A stretch of 37,057 nt of DNA from an uncultured virus (IMG/VR IMGVR_UViG_2061766007_004269) (lineage: Duplodnaviria; Heunggongvirae; Uroviricota; Caudoviricetes): the IMG/VR virus record IMGVR_UViG_2061766007_004269; one strand, 5' to 3'. The notes beneath the pieces are model-generated. The model was not told where the DNA came from. It made no database searches and saw nothing but the letters and a program-made list of their open reading frames with translations. The position numbers were made by a program, and so were the translations under genes. Shown one piece after another: positions 22,101-32,093 of this stretch; position 1 is the first letter of the stretch; the number at the start of each line of letters is the position of its first letter.

Positions 22101-25100
22101 GGTCGTCGGCCGCGCCGTGGATCGCACGCCCACGCAGTATATCAAGGCGCTGGGCCTCAAAATCTATGACGATTCTTGCCCCATCACCTACTCCAACACG
22201 AAAGTCAATTTCGCGTCCTGCGAGCAGGTAAACAACATGTGCAACGCCATCTGGTATCAGCGGTTCAATCCGTATCCTTCACTGACGGCCCACGACTGTA
22301 TGGAGTTTTCCATGGGCGTGCAGTTCATCAAGGATTCCGGCACCGTCCCGGACGCGCAGCACTTCGTCCTGTTCGGCGACGACAAATACCACATGTATTC
22401 CATCGCCAACATGGGGAACAGCAAGAAGAACGTCCACGTCTTCCACGACCTTTCCAATCCGAACGAGTGCTGCATCGAAGTCAACGACAACGACAAGGAC
22501 CAGATGCGCATGGTCAGCGACGATCTGAGCGCAGAGGACTGGTCCGGCGACGTGTATTTCGGTATGCGGTACCCGGACACCAAGAACCCCTCCCAGGCCA
22601 TCAGGAACGCCTGGCAACGGCTGGTATCCTGGATGNNNNNNNNNNNNNNNNNNNNNNNNNNNNNNNNNNNNNNNNNCACCTTCCGCGGCCATGACCGGGC
22701 CGGGACGCAAGTGCTTCGCGGCACCACCGTCACCCGGTACGCAGGCACCTATACCCACGACACCTTCAACCGCCGCATGGCGAAGATGCTCAGCGAGTGC
22801 GAAGATTACATGGTCATGGATTCGTTCGTGTATCATTTCGTCTATATCGAACGCCATACCATGGTGGATAACGTCAGCAAAAACAACTTCTGGTCATCCA
22901 CCGATCTGCTGCACTGGGATCTGTCCAAAGCCTACGACATGGACACGTCGGACGGCAATAACAACCAGGGCCAGATGGTGTTTGACTACGGCAACGAGTA
23001 CAACGACGATATCGGCGGCATGAAGGTGTTCAACGGCGCGGATTCTGTGTGGTTCGTGTTCGTGGCGAACCTGTACGAAGCCTGCCAGACCATGTTCATC
23101 AACCGGGAAGCCGCCGGCGCGTGGTCCGCTTCGGCGTATCATGCGTTCCTCCTGGAGCAGCAGCGGAAGGTGCCGGAGCGGTGCTGGGTGGAATGCTACT
23201 GGTACGATTATCTGCGCACCTACGAGCAGGGGATCAGCGACGAGTGGATGTCGTTCCTCGACGGCGGGCAAAAGACCCACCAGCGGAAGCATTTCNNNNN
23301 NNNNNNNNNNNNNAAATACCGCGGAAACGCTTCGACCTCGCAGAACATCAACTTCCGCGCCTACACGCCCAACGAGTGGGCGGGCGTGGAACCCAAGGGC
23401 GAACTGACCGTGACCATGTACAACAAAATGTACATCAGCGTAGACGTCGGCACCACCCAGCTCGCGCCTATCAAAGCACAGCGCAATACCCCCGTTACCA
23501 TCGACTTTTCCAGCGGCGGAACCTTGAACAATACTCTGATCGCCATCAATACCGCGTCCNNNNNNNNNNNNNNNNNNNNNNNNNNNNNNNNNNNNNNNNN
23601 NNNNNNNNNNNNNNNNNNNNNNNNNNNNNNNNNNNNNNNNNNNNNNNNNNNNNNNNNNNNNNNNNNNNNNNNNNNNNNNNNNNNNNNNNNNNNNNNNNNN
23701 NNNNNNNNNNNNNNNNNNNNNNNNNNNNNNNNNNNNNNNNNNNNNNNNNNNNNNNNNNNNNNNNNNNNNNNNNNNNNNNNNNNNNNNNNNNNNNNNNNNN
23801 NNNNNNNNNNNNNNNNNNNNNNNNNNNNNNNNNNNNNNNNNNNNNNNNNNNNNNNNNNNNNNNNNNNNNNNNNNNNNNNNNNNNNNNNNNNNNNNNNNNN
23901 NNNNNNNNNNNNNNNNNNNNNNNNNNNNNNNNNNNNNNNNNNNNNNNNNNNNNNNNNNNNNNNNNNNNNNNNNNNNNNNNNNNNNNNNNNNNNNNNNNNN
24001 NNNNNNNNNNNNNNNNNNNNNNNNNNNNNNNNNNNNNNNNNNNNNNNNNNNNNNNNNNNNNNNNNNNNNNNNNNNNNNNNNNNNNNNNATCTGGCCTATC
24101 TGCTGGACGCGAATTTCACCATCAACGATTACACCGCCCTAAGCTCTCTGCGGCATGAGAACACGCCCGGCGTTTCGGCGCTGGCGCTGGTGAACGCGGC
24201 AGAAGCTCTTCAGATCGCGCGAATTGTCGGCGTGAACTGGGTATTGAGCAACGCCGACGTGCTCGACAGGATGTATCTGCTGCAAGGCATCGACGAGACC
24301 GGGTACACCATCGCGCGGGCTGTGCTGTCCGGCGCCGCCCACGTGCCCGTGATGACACAGCGGCGCTTGGATCAATTCGAGGCGGCCTGGCCGAACCTGA
24401 CCGTCACCTACGATTCCCTGACGACGCAGTACGCGGTTCGCTTCTACAACGCCGACGGCACCACGATCAAGGATCTGCTCGGCAACGATTACGTGCAGTA
24501 CATCGACCGCGGCTCCCTGGCCTACGATCCCGTGCAGGCCGGCGAANNNNNNNNNNNNNNNNNNNNNGCCCAGTACATCTACACGTTCAGCGGGTGGGAC
24601 AATATCGGCGGCGCCGTGCTTGCCAACAGGAACGTCACCGCTCAGTATTCTACCGAAACCAGGACGTACACGGTGCGCTGGCTGTCGCAGCTCGGTACCG
24701 TGCTGAAACAAATGACCGGCGTGGCTTACGGTTCATGCGTCCAATACAACAGCGAGAACATCTACGATTTCCCCTCTCTGTCCGACGAAGAAGACGCTTT
24801 CATCTACAAGGCCTTCATGGGCTGGGATAAGAGCACAGGCTATATCACCGGCGACACCGACGTGTACGCTGTTTGGGACAGGGCTGCGCTCCCTGCCGTG
24901 GGCGACGTGGATTTGGAAAACATGACGATGGGGCAGATCGCGGGCATTGCCAAAAATAAGCTCTGCGCCTCATACTTCGACGCCTATGACCATATCGATA
25001 TCCAGGTTGGCCGGGACTACAATTTCAGCAACGTGCAGAGCCAGGTTCTGGTGGGGACGCCCCGGTACTTCGATGGGACAGAACAGAACGTCATCACCAC

Positions 25101-26340
25101 GAACATCAAGCTGTTCGACGCCAACGCGCCTTCCTTCACCCTGGCCATCGACTACGAGTTCGTGGGCAGCGACGCCAACAACTGCCTTTTGGCCTGCTTC
25201 GAGGAAAGCACCGGCAAGGGGTTCCGGTTCCGGTTCTCCACGCATCCGAACGTTCAGTGGGGAACGTCGAACCTGAATGTCGGCTATACCAACATGAGAA
25301 GTATCCTTACGCTGCGGCACCAGAAGGGAAGCAATATCCTGTATGTAGGCTATCAGAACGTAGGGAACGGCATCTACAACGGCCAGGTGCTGGAAGGAAC
25401 CATGGTCCGCACCAGCCTGGAAAACACCGACGCGGTGCTGACCATCGGGGGAATCACCTTCGGGGATAATACCCACGACTATATGGCCCAGGGCTGGGTG
25501 TACTGGTGCAAAATCTGGTATGGTGATCTTGGCGCCCCTGACACGAAAGCCATGGCGACGTGGACGCATGAAACCTGGCGCGTACACTACACTACGCTTC
25601 GTAAAAGGCTGGTTGGCAACACAGCCGAACGCGCCGCCGGCGAATTCATTTTCAACGCGCCGCTTGATTTGATGAAGCGCATGAACGCCACCAGCACCAA
25701 TGTGGGTGGCTGGGACGAGAGCGAGCTTCGTCCGTTCGTCAACGGCCAGGTGTTCGATGCGCTTCCGGTCTGCTGGCAATCCCTGATCCAGACCGTGAAG
25801 ATCAACGCTTCGGCGGGCGACAGATCCACAGAAATCGTTGTGAGCGAAGACAAAATGTACCTGCTGGCCTTCGGCGATTGCTTCACCACGACGGACGCCA
25901 CATACCTGGCGGAAGCGGAAACGCGGATTCCGTTCTTTACGAACAACGCATCCCGCTTGAAGTTCCCCGGCTTCATCCTGGACGATGACACCGAATTCAT
26001 CACCGATCAGCAGGACCCGACGCTGTACCCGAATTACAATGTCGTCCACGGCAAAACGGTTTGGATCAATACGTCGAATAGTTCGTACGGCTATCTCTAT
26101 GTGGACGCCGAGTTCTGCGAGAAGCACAAATGGGCGTCGGGTCGTTTGCTGTCCAGCAGCGACAACAAAAATGCGCAAGGCGAGCAGGGCGGCAAATGGT
26201 TGTTGGCGCGGTACTGGTGGCTGCGGTCGCCGTACCTGTCCAATTCCACTAACTTCAACAACGTCAACAATAACGGTAGCAACAACAACAACAACGCGGC
26301 CAACACTAACGCGCTGGTTTGCGGCTCCTCTCCGGGCAGA
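19171..26340 (+). CDS. Giant multidomain tail/receptor-binding protein and DGR target: BppU-like N-term, beta-sandwich/LamG-like regions, CotH-kinase-like domain, InlB-B/Flg_new-like repeats, C-terminal DUF6273/C-type-lectin-like variable domain
   Basis: ORFs 19171-, 19920- and 19963- inferred to join across N gaps. Motifs: VQGTSS, DNVSKN, YDMDTSDG, YTFSGWD, FMGWDK, NVGGWDESELR, YWWLRSP. The true stop is lost at the VR/gap. Confidence 0.75.
26198..26340 (+). repeat. DGR variable repeat (VR) position in the target gene 3' end; the sequence as assembled looks TR-like
   Basis: 26198-26247 is identical (50/50) to 26846-26895. The repeat encodes 14 Asn codons (12 AAC, 2 AAT). Confidence 0.85.
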
Positions 26341-26373
26341 CAAAGTAATCCCTGGCGGCCNNNNNNNNNNATA

Positions 26374-26382
26374 TGCTATAAT
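26374..26382 (+). promoter_or_regulatory. Extended -10 promoter element for the avd-TR-RT operon
   Basis: TGCTATAAT (TGnTATAAT) about 26 nt upstream of the avd start; the -35 region would fall in or beyond the adjacent gap. Confidence 0.6.
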
Positions 26383-26408
26383 GAACAGGAGAAAGGCGGT
26401 GGTTGCCC

Positions 26409-26809
26409 TTGGCTGTCATCAAGTCCAAGCGTAATACCTCCGAAATGGAATTCCTTGCGATGGCGCGGAAGCTGGAAATTCATACGATACAGAAATGCGT
26501 GAATTTTCCGAAACGGTACACGTTTTACGTGTCGCAGCCCCTGGCGGCCACGGCTANNNNNNNNNNNNNNNNNNNNNNNNNNNNNNNNNNNNNNNNNNNN
26601 NNNNNNNNNNNNNCATGAGGTACAGCTGCGCCGGGATTATTTTCTAAACGCATACGCCGAATTGCAGAGCATGGTCTCCCAGCTCGAAGTGGCCCAGGAG
26701 CTTTTCGGGATCGAAATGGAAACCATGAAGTACTGGATGGAAATGGTCGATGCTGAAATCCGTCNNNNNNNNNNNNNNNNNNNNNNNNNNNTACAAGGAT
26801 CTTCCATAA
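26409..26809 (+). CDS. avd: DGR accessory variability determinant (Avd-like four-helix-bundle protein)
   Basis: TTG start after GAAAGG RBS. MAVIKSKRNTSEMEFL...NFPKRYTF...RRDYFLNAYAELQ...YWMEMVDAEI...YKDLP*, about 130 aa, helical, located between VR and TR. Confidence 0.75.
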
Positions 26810-26845
26810 TCAAAACACAGGTTAGGTTCTGCATATTCTCCGTTG

Positions 26846-26990
26846 GGTTGTTGGCGCGGTACTGGTGGCTGCGGTCGCCGTACCTGTCCAATTCCNNNNN
26901 NNNNNNNNNNNNNNNNNNNNNNNNNNNNNNNNNNNNNNNNNNNNNNNNNNNNNNNNNNNNNNNNNNNNNNNNNNNNNNNNNNNNNNNAAA
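26846..26990 (+). repeat. DGR template repeat (TR), mostly hidden by an N gap
   Basis: Non-coding copy of the WWLRSP-encoding sequence between avd and RT; first 50 nt visible. Confidence 0.85.
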
Positions 26991-27178
26991 TCCGTATCGG
27001 GTGGAGAGAAGGAGAACCTGACCTTCCTGCGGAAGCAGGTAAATATATGCCTCGATGCGTTCGGCCGGACGCTGCTTGCATGGTGCCGCTTGAAGGTGAT
27101 GCGGCATTTCATGGCCGGTAACGCTATGCCCCTATACGCAACCTTCCGGCAGGGGTACGGGGTATTGGAGTGGATATC

Positions 27179-28311
27179 TTGACCAGTGAGGAACGGCGAG
27201 AAGCCCGGTATCAGCGCCGCGTGGCCGTGCGGGAAGCGAAGAGGAAGGCCGCCTGCGCCCCGTATGACGATTTCAGGACGGTGTTCAGCTATAAACACCT
27301 GTACCGATCCNNNNNNNNNNNNNNNNNNNNNNNNNNNNNNNNNNNNNNNNNNNNNNNNNNNNNNTCGCCAACGCGCCGCTGAACGTGTACCACACTTACA
27401 AAGAGCTGGAAGCAGGGAAGTTCCGCAGCCCCGGCTTTTTTGAGTTTGATCTCTACGAGCGCGGAAAGCACCGCCACATCCGCAGCACCGGGATCATGGA
27501 GCGCGTGGTGCAGCGGTGTCTTTGCGATAACGCGCTGGTGCCCATGGTGGAACGCTCGTTCATCTACGATGACGGCGCTTCGATGAAGAACAAAGGATAT
27601 GACTTTGCCATCCGGAGGATGACGCGGCATTTGCATGAGCATTACCGCAAATACGGAACGGAGGGGTATATCCTGCTGTTCGATTTCAGCAAATTCTTTG
27701 ACAACGTGAGCCACGAGCTGATCAANNNNNNNNNNNNNNNNNNNNNNNNNNNNNNNNNNNNNNNNNNNNNNNNCATTGACGCTTTCGGCGAACGGGGCAT
27801 GGGCCTGGGCAGCCAGATCAGCCAGGTGCTGGCCCTGGCCAGCGCAAACAGGCTGGATCACTTCATCAAGGATGAATGCCGCGTCCGGGGCTATGGCCGG
27901 TACATGGACGACGGATACATCATCTACCACAACAAGGAATACCTGGTCGCCCTCAAGGATCACATCCGGGATGTGTGCGCGGAGCTGGGGATCACGCTGA
28001 ACGAGAAGAAAACGCAGATCGTGAAGCTGTCCCACGGCTTTTCATGGCTGAAAGTCCGCTTCTTCCTCACAAAAACCGGCAAGGTTGTGAAGAAAATCTA
28101 TAAGCGGAGCATCACGCGGATGCGCATGAAGCTGAAGAAGCTGTCAAAAAAGCTGGACGCCGGAAAGCTGACCTTCCCGGATATCTGGGTCACCTGGCAA
28201 TCCTGGCGTGCCTATGCTTTGCGTTTCGACGCCTGGCGCACGATCCAGAACATGGGGAAACTCTATTGCAAATTGTTCATTGATGGCGTTTGGGGAGGGA
28301 ATACCGCATGA
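27179..28311 (+). CDS. DGR reverse transcriptase
   Basis: MTSEERREARYQRR N-term, ERVVQRCL, YILLFDFSKFFDNV, GMGLGSQISQ (DGR-type SQ motif), YGRYMDDG catalytic motif. About 375 aa with no maturase or endonuclease domain. Frames joined across the gap at 27311-27364. Confidence 0.93.
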
Positions 28312-28580
28312 CTTATTTCAAGATCATATCCGACGCCGATCGCGAGGTCGTGGGCGTCGAGGCCATCGAGGAACCGACCTGGGTACGATGGCAGGCAAAG
28401 CACAGGATGCTGGTGCAGTGCGGACGGGATCAGGCCGAAGGCATCCTGTCGGACCATGACAACGATACGGTTTACACAATCGAAGGCAGGCAAATAAACG
28501 GCGTTGAGAATCATCTCACCGCTGTTTTTATTTCCGCCGAAGAATACGACGAGCTGGCGGCGCTGCTGGACAGCGGCGAG
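28308..28580 (+). CDS. Hypothetical phage protein (end in gap)
   Basis: ATGA overlap with the RT stop, RBS GGGAGG. Confidence 0.6.
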
Positions 28581-28710
28581 NNNNNNNNNNNNNNNNNNNN
28601 NNNNNNNNNNNNNNNNNNNNNNNNNNNNNNNNNNNNNNNNNNNNNNNNNNNNNNNNNNNNNNNNNNNNNNNNNNNNNNNNNNNNNNNNNNNNNNNNNNNN
28701 NNNNNNNNNN

Positions 28711-28821
28711 CCATGCCGGATGCAGAAATCACTGCTTTCCCAGATTTTGTTGAGAAATGGAAACCTGGCATGCAATGCGTTACCGGAAAGCGGCTGGCGT
28801 ATGATGGAATCGTGTACAAGG
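28711..28821 (+). CDS. Fragment with CBM5/12 (ChiC)-like carbohydrate-binding motif
   Basis: FPDFVEKWKPGMQCVTGKRLAYDGIVYK between two gaps. Confidence 0.45.
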
Positions 28822-29630
28822 NNNNNNNNNNNNNNNNNNNNNNNNNNNNNNNNNNNNNNNNNNNNNNNNNNNNNNNNNNNNNNNNNNNNNNNNNNNNNNN
28901 NNNNNNNNNNNNNNNNNNNNNNNNNNNNNNNNNNNNNNNNNNNNNNNNNNNNNNNNNNNNNNNNNNNNNNNNNNNNNNNNNNNNNNNNNNNNNNNNNNNN
29001 NNNNNNNNNNNNNNNNNNNNNNNNNNNNNNNNNNNNNNNNNNNNNNNNNNNNNNNNNNNNNNNNNNNNNNNNNNNNNNNNNNNNNNNNNNNNNNNNNNNN
29101 NNNNNNNNNNNNNNNNNNNNNNNNNNNNNNNNNNNNNNNNNNNNNNNNNNNNNNNNNNNNNNNNNNNNNNNNNNNNNNNNNNNNNNNNNNNNNNNNNNNN
29201 NNNNNNNNNNNNNNNNNNNNNNNNNNNNNNNNNNNNNNNNNNNNNNNNNNNNNNNNNNNNNNNNNNNNNNNNNNNNNNNNNNNNNNNNNNNNNNNNNNNN
29301 NNNNNNNNNNNNNNNNNNNNNNNNNNNNNNNNNNNNNNNNNNNNNNNNNNNNNNNNNNNNNNNNNNNNNNNNNNNNNNNNNNNNNNNNNNNNNNNNNNNN
29401 NNNNNNNNNNNNNNNNNNNNNNNNNNNNNNNNNNNNNNNNNNNNNNNNNNNNNNNNNNNNNNNNNNNNNNNNNNNNNNNNNNNNNNNNNNNNNNNNNNNN
29501 NNNNNNNNNNNNNNNNNNNNNNNNNNNNNNNNNNNNNNNNNNNNNNNNNNNNNNNNNNNNNNNNNNNNNNNNNNNNNNNNNNNNNNNNNNNNNNNNNNNN
29601 NNNNNNNNNNNNNNNNNNNNNNNNNNNNNN

Positions 29631-30760
29631 CCAGCAATTATGGCATCGGTCTGGATGGCCGCGTGGGCATGTACTGCCCGGAGAACGTGCGCTCCTGGTG
29701 CTCGTCCAGCCCGGAAAACGATAACCGGGCCATCACCGTCGAATGCGCATCGGACACTACCCCCCCCTACGCTTTCCGTGACGCGGTGTACAAGCGCTTG
29801 ATCGAGCTCTGCGCGGACATCTGCCGCAGGAACGGAAAAACGAAATTGCTCTGGATTGCCGACAAAACGCGGGCGCTCTCGTATGAACCGGCGGCGGACG
29901 AAATGCTGCTGACGGTGCATCGGTGGTTCTTCGATACCGCGTGCCCCGGCGAGTGGATGATGCAGCGCATGGGCGATCTGGCCGAAAAGGTTTCCGCCGC
30001 TCTCAGCACACAGAATGAGGACAAAGTTGATACGGACACAAATGCCACGAACAACGATGAGCCTGCGACCGACACGAATGTCGGGGACAAACCGGATGCG
30101 CCGGAACCGCCCGCCAGCCAGAACGCCCAGGCTGCGAACCCCGCCGCAACCACGGCGGGNNNNNNNNNNCTGGGCCCGATTTTCACCGAGGAACAGAGGA
30201 AATACGGCCTTTTGGCCTCCGTGATGCTTGCGCAGGCCGTTGTGGAAAGCGGCCTCAATAGCGATCTTTTCCAGTACGCCAATGCAGCCTTTGGAATGCA
30301 CTGCCTCATCAGCGGCAACACCTGGAAGGATACCGTCTGGGATGGCGAAAGCAGTTACATGAAAAACGGTGACTACTACCGCGCATATCCCAGCCTGGAA
30401 CGCTGCATCGAGGATCACCGCAATTATCTGCTTAACGCCATGAACGGAGACGCGCCGCGCTATGCTGGTCTGGCCGGATGCGCCGACGCCAAGCAGGCCG
30501 CAGAAATCATCTACAAGGGCGGCTATTGCGACAATCCCAGATATGTGGAGGCGTTGCTCTATTACATCGAGCTTTATGATCTGGATCAGTGGAACGCCAC
30601 ACCGGATATTTCTCAGACGGAGCAGGCCGCGCCCGAAACGGGCAATTCTGCCCACGAAACGGGAAACGGCGTGTATCTCACCCCCGAGGAATGGAACATC
30701 GTCCGCGCGGCGCATTCCGCGCTATCCCAGGTGATCCAGAGGCACGAAAGTGAGGGATGA
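29631..30760 (+). CDS. Endolysin: N-acetylmuramoyl-L-alanine amidase (Amidase_2) plus GH73 glucosaminidase domain; 5' end in gap
   Basis: SNYGIGLDGRVG...RSWCSSS...AITVECA...TVHRWF..TACPG; P/A/T/D linker; ASVMLAQAVVESG...YRAYPSLERCIEDH...GGYCDNPRY. Confidence 0.85.
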
Positions 30761-30763
30761 CAG

Positions 30764-31084
30764 ATGGAGAAATTCATTGCGTTCATGCAAGCCAATTGGG
30801 GCTGGCTTCTTTCATTTCTCACAGTGGTGGGCGGCATGGCGGNNNNNNNNNNNNNNNNNNNNNNNNNNNNNNNNNNNNCCCTGGAGAAAGGCGTTCAGGC
30901 GCTGCTCCGTGCGCAGATGATCCAATATTACAACCATTACCGCGCCAAGGGCTTTGCCCCGCTGTACGCCCGGGAATCCTTTGAAAACCTCTGGGTGCAG
31001 TATGAAAAGCTGGGCAAAAATGGCGTGATGAAGGATATCCGCGCAAAATTCCTGTCCCTCAAAACCCATGATGACGAATCGTGA
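30764..31084 (+). CDS. Small membrane protein of the lysis cassette (holin-like)
   Basis: N-terminal hydrophobic segment WGWLLSFLTVVGGMA; GVQALLRAQMIQYY...YEKLGKNG, a pattern common next to Firmicutes phage lysins. Confidence 0.6.
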   Translation: MEKFIAFMQANWGWLLSFLTVVGGMAXXXXXXXXXXXXXLEKGVQALLRAQMIQYYNHYRAKGFAPLYARESFENLWVQYEKLGKNGVMKDIRAKFLSLKTHDDES

Positions 31085-31098
31085 AAGGAGGCTTACCC

Positions 31099-31482
31099 AT
31101 GATTGATCTTACTCCCATCTTCCAGGCTATCATTTCTCTGCTGGCCGCCCTCATCACATGGAAGCTGATTCCCTGGATCAAGTCGAAAACTACGGAGAAA
31201 CAGCAGGAAAACCTGTACGCGGCCGCCCGGATCGCCGTCTATGCGGCCGAACAGATCTTCGGCGCCGGCCAGGGCGAAGAAAAGCTGGAGTATGCTCTGG
31301 CCGCTATGAAGCGCGCCGGGTATAACGTGGACACGCAGCTCGTCCGAGAAAGCATCGAGGAAATTGTCAATCAAATGACCAGGTGGCCTGTTTACCCGGA
31401 GGATCCTCACAAGATTGATGAGCCCGTAGAAAACGATCAGGTTCACCCGCCTGCGGATGACACGGCCGAACTGACCGAATGA
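31099..31482 (+). CDS. Phage holin (LL-H family-like)
   Basis: RBS AAAGGAGG; MIDLTPI...LIPWIKSK...AVYAAEQIFGAGQGEEKLEY. Confidence 0.8.
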   Translation: MIDLTPIFQAIISLLAALITWKLIPWIKSKTTEKQQENLYAAARIAVYAAEQIFGAGQGEEKLEYALAAMKRAGYNVDTQLVRESIEEIVNQMTRWPVYPEDPHKIDEPVENDQVHPPADDTAELTE

Positions 31483-31489
31483 AAGAATA

Positions 31490-31536
31490 CCCCTCCGATG
31501 GATGTGAAGTCCACCGGAGGGGCTTATTTTTGTTTT
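31490..31536 (+). terminator. Intrinsic terminator ending the late operon
   Basis: CCCCTCCG..TGGA / TCCA..CGGAGGGG stem followed by TTATTTTTGTTTT. Confidence 0.75.
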
Positions 31537-31632
31537 AGGGCAGTTGCAACACGTCTTCCTGCCCCTGGAACGTTCTGGGTATAGGACAGATAGGGTAAAA
31601 TTTCAGACGGCGTAAACGCGGTTGCAACCGCC

Positions 31633-31884
31633 TTAAAACGAAATCCANNNNNNNNNNNNNNNNNNNNNNNNNNNNNNNNNNNNNTCTCCCGGCTTACTCC
31701 TGAACTGTATCACCACGTATTTTCCCTGGATGTCTGGCTTGGTCTTGTCCAATTCCTGGGCCTTGGATTCTGCAAGTCGCCTGTCTGCAAAAGTGGAATG
31801 ACGAACCACATAATCCAAAGGTCTCACCAGCTTCCCGCCGCAAGTCGATCGCACCATTAGCCGGTAAATGTGATCTTCAAACAC
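31633..31884 (-). CDS. Hypothetical protein
   Basis: GTG-start ORF with GGGAGG RBS, in the - strand operon; 3' end interrupted by a gap. Confidence 0.5.
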   Translation of the reverse strand: MFEDHIYRLMVRSTCGGKLVRPLDYVVRHSTFADRRLAESKAQELDKTKPDIQGKYVVIQFRSKPGXXXXXXXXXXXXXWISF

Positions 31885-31886
31885 TG

Positions 31887-32093
31887 TCAGTACCTCCCGT
31901 CATCATCGATCAGGTTCACCACTTCCCGGATGATTGCCAGGGCTTCTTCGTAGCTTCCGGAGGAAGTGACCCTGTCCCGGAGATTGTTGTAATCAGTGAT
32001 CCGGCGCTGCTTTTGCATTTCCCTGCGAACCAGGGCCAGGATGAAGAAGATGTTGCCGGATTCGTGATGGCTTCGGAAATGGATCTCTGTCAC
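31887..32093 (-). CDS. Hypothetical protein (68 aa)
   Basis: GNIFFILALVRREM...SGSYEEALAIIREVV; GTGA overlap with the upstream gene. Confidence 0.65.
   Translation of the reverse strand: MTEIHFRSHHESGNIFFILALVRREMQKQRRITDYNNLRDRVTSSGSYEEALAIIREVVNLIDDDGRY

Larger units (their letters stand above)
26198..28311 (+). mobile_element. Diversity-generating retroelement cassette (VR-avd-TR-spacer-RT)
   Basis: All canonical components present in canonical order. Confidence 0.92.

Noticed and set aside
26340..26502. C-terminal tail of the 2179-aa ORF overlapping avd
   Set aside because: Read-through across TR-like sequence and an N gap; it overlaps the avd promoter and start.
27179..28311. RT as group II intron, retron or Abi RT
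   Set aside because: Short RT with the SQ motif, no maturase/endonuclease domain or retron VTG motif, and flanked by TR, avd and VR.
28822..29630. Possible second DGR target or extra genes between RT and lysin
   Set aside because: The region is all N, and I saw no other WWLRSP-type repeat elsewhere in the window.
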